Below, piece after piece: positions 1 to 12,115 of a stretch of 64,000 nucleotides of DNA. The stretch's first letter is position 1; every line of letters begins with the position of its first letter. The stretch covers positions 131,063 through 195,062 of the forward strand of contig MU053557.1 of assembly GCA_013239625.1 (NCBI GenBank), in the 5' to 3' direction. Both the position numbers and the translations under genes were made by a program. The DNA is from Lama guanicoe (Eukaryota). The notes below the pieces were generated by a model, which saw only the letters and a program-made list of their open reading frames with translations, had not been told where the DNA came from and searched no databases.

Positions 1-479
1 GGTACGTTTAGGACAGTCTGACATAAAACATAGGCTCTATGGAGAACACAGATATTCACTTTGGAAGTCTAGGAGGGCATTTCAAACAGGTGGGCAGTTC
101 CCCTCCAGCACGCTTGAAACTGGATGGAGCAAGTCTGTGGGACCACCCATTGGGGGAAACATGGCATGACATAATAACACTATTAAGAAGAGCTAACGTT
201 GGCTGAGTGCTTACTGTGTATTAAGATGAAGTGGACAGAGAACAAAAACAACGGTTTTATAGATGAGCCTCGAGAGGAAAGTCACCGACGGAAGATGCTC
301 CCAACTACCAACACTTACTAGCAATGAGCTAGTCGCTCTGCCCAGGCCACACATACAGAGTGCGCCAGGATGAGCAGCAGCAGGAATTTACTGATGTCAC
401 TGTATTTATTAATTGTCCCGAGCAATGTCAAGGAGTCACATTACTTCCTCTACGATCACCATCAACAATAGCCCCCATT

Positions 480-670
480 TGCCATGGGCTTGTGACGTGC
501 CCTGCGGTGAGCTGCATACTTTTGCACTGGTGACTTAGTCCTCATAACAACCTTTGAGGCAGGTACTAGGATGATGCCCCTGTTACAGAGATAAGGGAAC
601 AGGCTGAGTAATGAACAGCTAACGTGTGCTGGGCTGTCACGATAAGGATGAAATCTTTTTAAACCCCAAT
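480..670 (-). mobile_element. MIR SINE fragment
   Basis: MIR core-like cctcataacaacctttgaggcaggtact...cccctgttacagagataagggaac. Confidence 0.6.
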
Positions 671-984
671 CAGGCACATGCAATGACGAATTTCTGGATG
701 TTGCATGTGCTTGTAAGAGTTTTAACACAGGTATAAAAATTCACATATACTTATTCAATCCTGGATCACTTTCACTGAAAATATTAAAAGGAGATCAAAT
801 TCACACTGTTCTTGGGAAAGTCTGGGTTGGAGGGTTACTGGTTGGGGGCCCAGAGTGGGAAACCATCCCTATCAGCGGGGATCAGGTCCTACCACCTGAT
901 TCCTCCCTGGACCACTTCAACTCCATTCTGAGCATCTCTGCCCAGACCCCTGTGGTTTCCACGATTCCAGCCTCCTTCTGTTGC

Positions 985-1110
985 CAGTCCTGAAATTCAG
1001 ATCTAATCACATTCCTCTTCTGCTCAGAAACCTTTAATGGCTCATTATCTTCAGAATCAAATCCAAACTCCTTACCTCATCTCCTGGGGGCTCTTCTTGT
1101 CTGCTCTCAG
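985..1110 (+). mobile_element. L2 LINE fragment
   Basis: L2 3'-region motif atctaatcacattcctcttctgctcagaaacctttaatggctc...aaatccaaactcctta. Confidence 0.5.
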
Positions 1111-1364
1111 CCTGCATAATCAGTCTCGATCCACCCTCACACCGAGGATAATTTTAAATATTCAAAAATATCTTAATACTTTAAATGAAAAATAATTTTA
1201 AAGATAAAAATAATTTTACTGAAAGAAAATAATTCTGGAATCCCTTTTATATTGGCGGTGTGCATCCAAGTTTAGAAAGTACACTCATGTACATTATGTC
1301 ATTTGATAAATTGCAGCAAACATACCAGGCCGGCAAGCAAGTAAGCATCCTTATTTTTAAAAAA

Positions 1365-2610
1365 ATAAACCTTTAAACTTATAATCAATTTAGATTAACA
1401 GAAAAGTTTAAAGATGGTGCAGAGTGTTCCCAACACCCACACCCAGTCTCCCCTATTATTTATATTTTGCCTTATGAGCTTGGGACATTTGACACATTTA
1501 TGAACCAGAATGGATATATTTATATCAACTGAAGTCCATACTTTATCCAGATTTCCTGACGTTTTACCAACTGCCCTTTTTCTGTTCCAGGATCCCACCT
1601 AGGAAACCACATGACATTTAGTTGTCACATCTTCTTAGGCTTCTCTTGGCTGTGAAAGTTTTCTAGACTTGCCTTGTTCTTTATGACCTTTACCCTTTGA
1701 AGCGTACTAATCAGGTATTTTGTAGCATGTCTCTCAATTGGGGATTTTCTAATTTTTTCTGATGATTATACCGAGGTGATGCATTTTTTGGAGGAGAAGT
1801 GCTTTTCTCATCCCAGCATAAGAAGGGTGCACAAGATCAAGATGGCTTGATGATCGCTATTGATGCAAATTTTGGTCACCTGGCTGAGGCAGTGTTGGTC
1901 AGGTTTCCCCCTTGTAAAATGACTCTTTTCCCTTCCTTTCCACATCACACTATTTGGAGAGAAGTCACATGCACAGCCCATGTGATGGTGGGGGAGTGAT
2001 GCCCCTTCTTCTTGAGAACATCTTAAGAATGTGGAATTCTTCTGCATAGGAGATCTGATTCTGCCCCCCCCCATTTATTTATTCAGTTTATCATTTTATT
2101 TTTTACTGAAGTATAGTTGATTGACAACGTTGTGTTAGTTTCTGGTGCACAGCATAGTGATTCAGTTATACATTTATATATCCATATTCTTTTTCATTAT
2201 AGGTTATTATAATACATTGAATATAGTTTACTATGCCATACATTAGGACCTTGCTATCTATTTTACATATAGTAGTCTGTATCTGCTAATTCCAAACTCC
2301 TAATTTATTCCTCCCTCCACATTTCCCCTTTGGTAGCTATAATTTTCTATGTCTATGAGTCTCCTTCTGTTTTTTAACAGTTCATCATTATTTACATCAA
2401 GTGTGGACTTCGGAGTATTTATTTTATACTTTAGGATCCAATTCAATATTACTTTGTTTATTTTGCTCCTCAGATTGCTCCGGCTTGGGCCACTGGGAGC
2501 TCTTTCAGCTGGCCCCTAGACTCCTATGACAGGCTGGTCTGGTGTATTCTCTGTCGCAGTTCTAGGATTAGTCATTTCTCCCTCCTTTTCTTGGAGGATG
2601 AAGACCTAGA
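1365..2610 (-). mobile_element. Ancient L1MC-type (MER42-like) L1 3' UTR, interrupted by a younger L1
   Basis: Motifs ttccaggatccc...catttagttgtcac...caggtattttgtag...cacctggctgaggcagtgttggtcaggtttc resemble the L1MC3/4 3' end. Confidence 0.7.
2096..2377 (-). mobile_element. 5'-truncated artiodactyl-type L1 3' end
   Basis: T-rich tail followed by gaagtatagttgattgacaacgttgtgttagtttctggtg; TSD cagtttatcatt (2084-2095) / cagttcatcatt (2378-2389). Confidence 0.85.
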
Positions 2611-2739
2611 CATGGGGAAGTCACAGCTCCTAGGCTCTCCCAGATGAAGCAGCTCATCAATCCTACTTCATGTTGGAGAACACTGAGGTTCCAGGAGATT
2701 TTCACCATTTCTTGAAAACACCAAAAACTTCCTACAGTC

Positions 2740-2990
2740 TCACTGCCTTTGAACCCTTTCCCTCACTTCTCGGCGCAGTGAAGTAGCTTCTCCAGTGCAC
2801 CTTGTCAGTTTCCTCCTCTGAAATGCCCTCTCCTCTTCCCCATCAGAGTTACCATTTCTTACCCCTGGGCTCCCCCTGTAATTGTTAACAGCACCAGCAT
2901 ATGTCAGAGTTAGTTAACATACGCCTGTTCGGCTGCCCTGTATCGCTCAACTAGCACATCGAAGGAGATGCTCAGTAAATATTGACAAAC
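2740..2990 (+). mobile_element. L2 3' fragment
   Basis: Ends with ctagcacatcgaaggagatgctcagtaaatattg, like the L2 terminus. Confidence 0.5.
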
Positions 2991-3217
2991 TGTTTTTACA
3001 AACACAAATAATGTTTGAACAGGAATACAAAGAATGGGTAGGGATATAAAGAGGATGCCTTGCAGGATGCCTGGAATCCCCTTACTTACCTCTGCCCGCC
3101 CCACTTCCCACGTAGAATTCTCTCTTTTGGTTAAGATTTATGGCATCATATGTAGAAGGCAGGGACACAGGGTCCCTGTAGGTCATCCAGGCAGGGCTGT
3201 CTTGGTCTTAGTGCTAT

Positions 3218-3360
3218 GGCAGTTGTTCCTGATCGTGACTGCACATCAGAATCACGCGGGAGCTTGTTAGTATGTGTCCCCCCCCCCTCCAGGAATGTGA
3301 TTTCAGAGTGTCTGGACTGGGGACTGGGGACTGGAGCGCTGTATTTAACATCTTCTCCCT
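3218..3360. mobile_element. MER5A-like hAT MITE fragment
   Basis: ctgcacatcagaatcacgcgggagcttgtta...ctgtatttaaca. Confidence 0.55.
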
Positions 3361-4284
3361 GAGAAAAGAAAGCCCATAATGCGAAAGCAGGTGGTCTGCA
3401 ATCTAATAAGTTTGGAGCTTCAGTGAAATGCAGCCTCTCCAATCCAATCTGTCATATTTGAACTATTAAAAAAAATCTCCTAGAACATTTATCTCCTTCC
3501 ATGGTGGACATACAGGGTAAGTAACTAAAATATATAAACTTAAGAGAGAAGAGAGACTGCGTCGGAGGAGCCTGCTGGAGATTTCTCAGTATTATAAACT
3601 TCAGATTCTCTTTAGCAGGTTAAAAGGGGCCAAACCAAGTTTGAAAGCGACAGTTTCGAGTCTGATAACTGAGAAGTCTGGCTAGTCTCAATGCTCATGA
3701 TTTATTTGCAGCTCCCTCATCCTGTGCTGTGATTTTGGGAACTATATTGCCGGGACCAAAGGACTGAGTCATCAGAGCTGTTCCAAAGTTGCTTAAGGAT
3801 GTGGCCTTGCTGGTCTTCCACAAGCAAAGGTGGTTTTCCAGTAAACCTGTTCTCCAGCGAATGTCTTCTTTACAAGTAAATTCATGAAAGACTTTTCTTT
3901 CTTCCTTTCTTTCCCTTCCCTTCCCCCTTCCCTCCTTCTACACTCACAATACTCATTTGTTTGAACTCAGGGCATTGACTGAATAGGGTAAAGCATGAAT
4001 TTTAGAATATTTTTAAAAAGAACTATAGTCTATAGCTTCCAACTCTAGTTCCTGACACAAATGAAGCTGAAAACACACTGACAAATACTGATACAATGAA
4101 GGTTTTCCAAGTTAAGCATTGTAGAAAAATAAACTTGCCTGAGTGTGAATGCACTGTTTCTGGTTAATTGTTTTTCATAAAAATTAATGTTGCTGATGTT
4201 TTATAATTTTTTTGTTATAGAAGTATACTCTTCCTCTCACAAACTTGTTTTATTATTTTGCTTAATAGGATGAATTTTTTTCAT

Positions 4285-4826
4285 ACTCACACACACAATG
4301 GACTATTACACAGCCATAAAAGAAGGAAATCTTGCCATTCGCAACAACATGGATGAAACTTGAGGACATCATGCTAAGTGAAATACATCAGACAAAGAAT
4401 GACAAATACCATATGACCTCACTCATAAGTGGAATTAAAAAAAAATGAAGAACAAAAACAAACCCAGAATAGTCCAAAATCCAAACTCACAGATATGGAG
4501 AACAGATTGGTGGTTGCCAGAGGTGGGGGCTAGGGAGTGGGTGAAGTGAGTGAAGGTGGTCAAAAGATACAAACTTTTACTTATAAAATGAAATAAATCC
4601 TGGTGACTCCAGTTAATGACACTGTATTGTATATTTGAAAGTTGCTAAGAGAGTAGATCTTGTCATCACATGAAAAAAACTTGTAATGCTATGTGGTGAT
4701 GGATGTTAACTAGAATTACTACGGTGATCATTTTGTAATATATACACATATCAAATTATGCTGTACACCTGAAACTAATATAATCTAATGTTAATTATAT
4801 CTCAGTTTAAAAAAAAAAGAAAAAAT
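4285..4826 (+). mobile_element. L1 (L1MA9-like) 3' end with poly(A)
   Basis: End of ORF2 (gcaacaacatggatgaaacttgaggacatcatgctaagtgaaat), 3' UTR gttgctaagagagtagatctt, A-tail at 4809-4826. Confidence 0.9.
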
Positions 4827-5024
4827 TAAATTGAAGAAGTTGATCCAGTGCGATGGTAAGTATGCCTGAAGAGGCATCTTAGAGGCTTAAATATACCCTC
4901 GGTACTTGGCAATGCAAGACAGAAAACATTCCTTAAACCAAACAAAGCTTCCAATCAAAGCATGGGCAACATTTAGCCTGATTTCTTACAAAAGCTTATA
5001 GGTGTTTTTTTTAACGCTTCACTA

Positions 5025-5090
5025 CTAGGAGTTGGGAAACTATGCTTGTGAGCCAAATTCTGTATCTATTGTTTTTGTAAATGAAATTTA
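5025..5090. mobile_element. MER58-like hAT MITE end fragment
   Basis: taggagttgggaaactatgcttgtgagccaaattc...gtttttgtaaat resembles the MER58 terminus. Confidence 0.45.
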
Positions 5091-5119
5091 CACACCCCCA
5101 TAGAAACACCCACACACAA

Positions 5120-6005
5120 AAAGCAACTGGTTTTTGTATGTTGATTTTGCACCCTGCAAACTTGCTGAATTCATTTATTAGTTCTAACAGTTTTTTGGTA
5201 GTCTTTGGAGTTTTCTATATACCAGGTCATGTCATCTGCAAACAGAGATAAATTTACTTTTTTTTCTCCCTGATTTAGATGCCTTTTCTTTCTTTTTCTT
5301 GTTTAATTGCTCCGGCTAGGGCTTCTAATACTATGTGGAAGAGAAATGGTGAGAGTGGGCATTCTTACCTTGTCCCTGATCTTAGAGGAAAAGCTTTCAG
5401 CTTTCACTGTTGAGTATGATGTTTCACTGCGGGCTTGTCATATATGGCTTTTATTATGTCGAGGTACATTTCTTCTATACCTAATTTGTTGAGCGTTTTT
5501 ATCATGGAAAGATGTTGAATTCTGTCAAATGCTATTTCTGCATCTTTGAGATGATCATATGATTTTCATATTTCATTCTGTTAATGTAGTGTATCACATT
5601 CATTGATTTGCATGTGTGGAACCACCCTTGCATCTCAGGAATAAATCTCGCTTGGTCTTGGTGTATTAGCCTTCTAACACGTTCTTGAAATCAGTGTGCT
5701 AGTGTTTTGTTGAGGATTTCTGCACTGAAGTTCATCATGGATTTTGGACTGTGATTTTCTTTTCTTGTAGTGTCCTTGTCTGACTTTGGTAACCTGGTAA
5801 GATGAGTTTGGATGTTGTCCTTCCTGTTCAATATTTTCGAAGAGTTTGAAAAACACGGGTATTAATTATTTCAGTGTTTGGTAGAATTCACCTATGAAGA
5901 CATCTAGTCCTGGGCTTTTCTTTATTGGGAGATTTTTGGTTACTGATTCAATCTCTGTAATCATTGTTGGTCTATAGAGATTTTCTTTCCTTATGATTCA
6001 GTCTT
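5120..6005 (-). mobile_element. L1 ORF2 (reverse transcriptase region) fragment, degraded
   Basis: Antisense L1 motifs tatgttgattttg, gtcatctgcaaacagaga, gttgaattctgtcaaatgc, ggtagaattcacc. Confidence 0.9.
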
Positions 6006-6679
6006 GGAGTACTTCCTGTGGCATTAGTCACTGTTTGGTGAACAAAACAGACAAGATCCTTGCCCTCATGAAGATTATAGTCTATCACAGAAGGTGTAAA
6101 AAGAGAAGAATAATTTTATTTGATTTTCTTTACTGACACATATCATGATCTGCCTTAAATAAAATACATAAGATAGTGAATAAAGTATTTTTGTCTTGGA
6201 CCTTCATAAGGATGGAATGGCCTCCGTTTCAGTTTGAGCTGAAGATTTCACTTGGTTTTCCCATGGTTCTAGAAAGAGATCTCTCACCCACCAAACCTCT
6301 TGTAAAATTCATTTTATTGATCACAGAGGACCTGCATAACAGATCGTCGATGAATGAATTTGCACTTATCCTGGACCAAGGAGTGCAAGTGTGGGTCCCA
6401 TGGACTGACAGTGCATCCAGATGGCATCTCTATCATCAGATGTCCTCACCGTTCCTCCTGGACCTTTGCTAATAAAACAGGATTAAGCATAAGTTAAATC
6501 ATGTAGAGATAGATCATCTCTCTATGTCTTTTGGAGTTGTAACACAAGTCCCACATAGACACTTCCAAGCTCAAAAGTGAAGACTGTCTCTTTAAGCATT
6601 TGAAAATGCAACATTTTAGTTTGGTGATTAAAGTAATTCCAGCCTTTTATACTGAGACAATACAACTCAATATTTATGT

Positions 6680-7170
6680 GTTCATTCACTCACTCACTCA
6701 TTTTTTTCCATAAACCCTTTGTCCCTGCCTAAGGTGGGCCAGAAACTACGCAGGCACTGTCAACAGAAACACAGATAGTATTTGGTCCACAGCATCAAGC
6801 ATCTTGCAAACTGGAGAGGAAGGCAAACATAAGCACAGGGTGCAATTCAGGGGTTATATGTGCGGGACCTGAAGCTTGTACAGGGGCCTGATGTTTAAAG
6901 TGGCCTTAGAAAGAAAATCTGCTTGTAACTGAGTTTTGGAAGACACGGAGATTTTTTTCCAGGTGGAGGGAAGGAGTTGGGGGGAATGCTTGAGAAACTG
7001 TGAGCGGCTTAGCAAGGCTCAGCACAGAGTGTGCTGGGGAGATTAATCAGGAGGGTAGCCAGGGAGGAATCCATCAGGGGTAAGATGTAGCTCCTGACAG
7101 TAGAAGTAAAGAGGGTCTTACAGCACACATCTGATCGAAGGGTTTTGCAAGTTGTGTTAAAGACCTCTTA
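6680..7170 (-). mobile_element. L2 3' fragment
   Basis: (TTCA/CTCA)n tail at 6681-6700 followed by antisense L2-like sequence. Confidence 0.55.
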
Positions 7171-7784
7171 GAGAGGAGGAAGTGTTCAAAAGTCAACTGA
7201 TTTGTTTCTTTCCTCTTTGCATTAGCATCAGGCTGTTTGGGTTCTGTTTTGTTTGCACTTGTACAAACTTTCTCCTACATCATCATGCATCTCATTGCTG
7301 TGCTTCCACCTTCTTGACTGTAACCCTTCCAAGCAGGCCAGAAGTGCCAGAGCAGGAAGGAAAATGTACACAGCCCAGCAACTTTGTACCTCAGATCAGA
7401 GGCAAAATTCAGTATGGGACTGCCAAACTGGCAGCTTTCCTGGTGCTGAAATCAGTGTGAATTTGTCGAACTTTTTGCAAAACACTTTAAAAACATCAGA
7501 GATTATGTAACTTGGCTTTGAGAACCATTTTCTCCTTTGGGGGGTACTGGGCCTCTGCTGTCTGCCTAGGGTGAAGAAATGTGCTCATCTGAGTTGCACC
7601 CAGAATGGGCTTCCCACCCTCTTCCTGGCCCTTCACCCGTGGAGGGGGGGGGTTTCTAACTGATCCCAGCCCTCTTTCTCAGGGAGTCCAGATGCGCCCC
7701 ATGGAGTGAGCCAGGCAGCCATTCCCAACCAGGAGTAGCAGAAACCTGTGCATCTCTTTTCTCTGAACGTGAGCTGCTCTACTA

Positions 7785-8040
7785 TCTACATTAAAAAGGT
7801 AAAAAGGGACAGGGGACATTCGTTTTATTTATATATTTTATCTAACCAGGTATATCCAAAATATTGTCATTTCAACATGGAATCAACATGAAAAATGATC
7901 CATGAGATGTTTTACATTCATATTTTCAGATAAGTCTTCCTGGTGTGCATGTTTATACTAATTAACACATCTTAATTCATATGTTTCAAGGGGTCCAGAG
8001 CCCCAGAGGGACAGCAGCTCCTCTATTGGACAGTTTGAGT
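7785..8040. mobile_element. MER33-like hAT/Charlie MITE (partial)
   Basis: acattaaaaaggtaaaaag...tatatccaaaatattgtcatttcaacatg...tattggacag terminus. Confidence 0.75.
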
Positions 8041-10649
8041 CTTGATTTTATCTCGGTCCCGCGGGGGATGCTGAGGGAATGAATTCAGACACACTTCTCT
8101 CTCTTCAGTGGCCAAGCGCCCCCTGTGCTGGGAGGGCTCTGAGTTGGGAGAAGACTAGAAAAAGCCCACTTTCAGGCTGGCTCCTACAGAGCACGTCCTA
8201 GGGCAACAGGAAATGCCCCCTCCCAAGTGGGAATGTCTTTAAATTGACAATTACCAGAGCCTGTAAGTATTCTCACATATTTCCTATGGATGCCACACAG
8301 AAAAAAGGCATGATCAAAGTAAAAAACATCCTTTTACTGCAACTTTCATTTTCTTTTAAGAATAATTTAAATTGGGATATCCTAAGGGGATTATGAACAG
8401 AATACTTGTGTTTGGAGAACATATTCAGAAGCGATCAAAGACTCCAGAATGTGAGAACTGGAAGGGACTTTGAGGTCGAGTTTACATCTTTGAACACTGA
8501 GAGCCACAGAACTCAAGGACCTTCATCAGCCGATAACTGGGGAGAGACAATGCTGGGACTAAGATCTGGTTCTAACAAGTCTTTATCCTAACACAGATAC
8601 CTTGGCGCTATACCATGAGGCCGCAAGACATTAGGAACAAAATATTATTGGAGGAATATGCAAATAATTCAAAAACTGCATCTATATAGCATAGAGTAGA
8701 AACCTGGCCACCATCTGACTAACTTCATCTATGAGAACAAATAAATAAATTGTCAACATGAATTTTTTTTTGAGGGTGGAAGTGGAGGTGGGTATTGGCT
8801 TCCTTTTTCAAATGTGCTTGTTTTCATTCTGGTCAGTTTACGAAGCAACAGTTACTTTGCTCAACACTAAGGAGGGAAAAAAAATTAGAGATATCTACAA
8901 AGAAAGTAAAAGAAAGAACAAGGGCAGATACTTGGATAAAGGAGGCGGAATAAAGCAAATACGAAGACTGGGGCTGGATGATAACCAGATGGCTGCCCCT
9001 CCCCACCATCCCGTTTTGTTGGACTTCACAACCTTGAGGGTTCCCTTCAACTTTAAGAACCCGCGAGTCTAAGATCTATTTGACATCGCCTTCCAGAACT
9101 AGGAGGAAAAAATGATTCTGGTTCTGCGTGATTTTTAAATGGAAAAAAATATATATATATAAGCAGATGATTAAATTACCAGCCCTTGAACTGATTTATT
9201 TTCGGCAGCAACAACAAAGTCATACAAACCAGTGACACGAGTCAAGTGATTACTCTTTAAACACGGATGATGAAGAGGAGAGAGAGAGAGAGAGAAAGAG
9301 GAAAAAAAAAAGCTCTGACTTCATATGATGGCTTCAAGCCAGACTGCGAAGAAGGAATCTGTGAAATTCAAGGTCTTCGAGTCTATAATTTCTCTTTGCT
9401 ATTATTTCTGTAACAAGACCTGGGCAAAATCAATTCAGGTTCAGGAAGGATATTACTTTAATTTTCTACATGAAATTGTCAGGAAGTCTGAGTTAGAAGA
9501 GGGGAAAAGATGGATGACTATCACCCAAGCAGAAATTAAACGAATAAATTAAACGCAGCGAAAGTACATTCATATCACCAAAACTCTGGTCATGAGACAA
9601 AGCACGTCTTCTGGCACAAACTCACAGGGACTGAAAAACAAACCAGCCACACAAATGATGAGGTAATGCCCCTGAAAATGAACTCCCTCTTGAGTGTTAG
9701 AAAAGTCAGTGCTAGATCAATCGAACAGAATTAATTTCATTTTGATGCAAACATAGCCTTAAAGCTTCGATTACATTTCATCCTGGAACATGTGATTTTC
9801 GTAAAAACTTAACTTATAGTTCCCCCTCCTCAAGTAACTGACATACAATTTTTGAAAAATGGGGACGATCTTGGGAAAGTCATTCAGCCTAACAGTGATG
9901 AAATACTGACTGTTTTGTCCTAGAATCAGAGTGAGTTTTCCACCAGCCATAAATTGAATCTGCCTCGAATTCAGTCTCTACCAGATGCCAAAAGAACAGT
10001 GAAGGAATCTGAAGAAGGTGGTGACAACTCTTAATGCGAGTCTTCCCTGCAAATATTCAAGTGGTTCACAGTCTGGTGGGACTATCTCATGGCTATTAAG
10101 CTTCTGGCATTTTAAGGGACTTTCGTTTTCATTCTTTGAGTTTTTGCTCTTCCCTCTTGGTTAGCAGAAGCTTTTTCAGAGGTTTTCTTGGGCTGAATTG
10201 CTGGCCAGGTGGGGTTTAGGCAGGAGAGTCTAGGGATGTTTGCGTGATACAAACAGATGTCTCCTTGACTCTTCCTCTACCAGGGAAACGTGAGCCCATT
10301 CTCTGGGTGGAGAAGTAGAAAAGTCGGTTTTGGGCATTCAGTTTGACAAAACTGTGAGTGCCTCCTCTGTGACCAGTGCATGTTGGGTGCTGTGTCTGCG
10401 AGCACCCACATGCTCCACGTGGTGAGCTTATCACTGGAGATAAAATAGCCCTCTTTGTCATCACGTAGTTTTGGACCCACACTAACCTTGCTCATTCTAC
10501 GTTGCAGTTTGACATTCCAAGGAGCAGAGTAGTTATTCAGAAAGAAAATGCATCCACAGGGGCTGAGTCTTCTCCTTCAGATGACCTGGGGGAGACATGA
10601 TGCTGAGCAAGGGTGTTTGGGGACATGAAGCCCAGGACGGGCAGGACCA

Positions 10650-11210
10650 GCACCAGCCACGGCCTCGAGGAAGGCAGCAGAAATTGTTTCTTTGCTCGCT
10701 CACTGACTTCCACTGCGAAACATCTGGAAAACCCAGTCCGGCATAAAGAAGAATGAAAGTATTTTCATCGAGCCACTCTGCAGAGCTGATGACTGTTAAC
10801 GGTTTTTGCGTGCTGACTTCTCAGCTTCTTTTCACTGCAAAAATATTCGCGCATACCTACAGATGTGTGAGCACACAGAGACACCCAGCGCGTTGGAGGC
10901 TGCCTCTGTTGCTTTGTCCCTGGCTTTTTCCACTGCACAGTGCAGCCCGGGCATTTCCCTCGCATGCATGGCATTCTTAAGCAGGCTAGATTAAGCTCCA
11001 AACAGTTCCAAGATGCCCTTATGACTCCCACGTTTCGAAGTGTGTGCCAGCCGCCTGAGAGCAGTTTTCCCTTGGCCACTATTCCCGGGGAACATCTGCC
11101 TGCTGCCTTTTTCTTCTGCGGCAGCCAAGTGATCTGTTGACCCCGGAAAAAGGACGGGGCCAGAGTCAGGGACGAACCCGGGGAACAGGAAGTGGAGGAA
11201 GTGTCTTATT
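10650..11210. promoter_or_regulatory. Candidate enhancer (CpG-retaining, tandem ETS sites)
   Basis: Non-repetitive and visibly CpG-enriched; ACAGGAAGTG (11185-11194) abuts GAGGAAGTG (11195-11203). Confidence 0.3.
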
Positions 11211-11317
11211 ACTGCCAAACACACATGCAGTGCTGGTAGAAGTAACGTGCATATTATTGCTGTTGCTGGTGAGGGGTCAGCTGTAAGTCTGATCTCTCCT
11301 CCCACCCCCTGCTTAAA

Positions 11318-11771
11318 AATGGACCTAGAGATCGTCATTCTAAGTCAAGTCAGCCAGAAAGAGAAAGAAAAATATCATATGATATCACTCATACGTCTAA
11401 TCTAAAAAAAAGAAGAAAAGAGGACACTAATGAACTCATCCACAAGACAGAAACAGACTCGCAGACATAACAAAAAATCTTATGATTACCGGGGGGCAGG
11501 GGGTAGGAAGGGATAAATTTGGGAGTTTGAGATTTGCAAATGTTACCACTATATATAAAAATAGACAAGACCCCCCCCAATTTCTTTTGTATAGCCCAGG
11601 GAACTGTATTCAATATCATGTAATAACCCTCAATGGAAAAAAGAAAATGAAAATGAATATATGTATGTATATGCATGACTGGGACATTGTGCTGTGCACC
11701 AGAGATTGACACATTGTAATTGTACTTAAAAAAAATTCATCTTGTTATAAAACAAAAGAACAATAAAAAAA
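11318..11771 (+). mobile_element. Camelid-type L1 3' end inserted into an L2
   Basis: atggacctagagatcgtcattctaagt, G-rich UTR, gagatttgcaaatgttaccact, A-tail; L2 sequence continues on both sides. Confidence 0.9.
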
Positions 11772-12115
11772 ATGCTTCTCGTCTGCCCAGTGCTTTTAGG
11801 ATAACTATCTACATCCTGAACATTGCAGGGAGGGGGTGGCTGGGAAGTCTGGCCCTGGGACCTCCCTGGCCTCATTCTCTCACCTGCCCTGGTGGTCTGG
11901 CCTTTCTTCCTCATTCTTAGCAGTCAGCCTCGCTGCACTCATTCACACTTGCAAAGGCGCATCCGTCGATGTGCCAGCTTGAATCTGTCTCTTCCTCCAG
12001 ACTGTAAATTCTGTGAGGATGGGAGCAGTGTCGGTGCTGCTCACTGGGGAATCCTTGGTGCCCAGGTCAGTGCTGAGCACGGGGTGAGGTCTCAGTGAGT
12101 CCAGGAAGGAAGGAA
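11772..12115 (+). mobile_element. L2 3' part
   Basis: agactgtaaattctgtgaggatgggag...gtgcccagg...(GGAA)-like tail. Confidence 0.6.

Noticed and set aside
1..10. G|GTACGT donor-like site at the window start
   Set aside because: No upstream context to evaluate an exon.
4285..6005. Oppositely oriented L1 pieces as one twin-primed insertion
   Set aside because: The inverted piece lies 3' of the poly(A), separated by about 300 bp including a MER58-like fragment. The geometry is wrong and no shared TSD is seen.
10378..10413. Possible pre-miRNA hairpin
   Set aside because: The stem is only about 13 bp, too short for a Drosha/Dicer substrate, and matches no miRNA I recognise.
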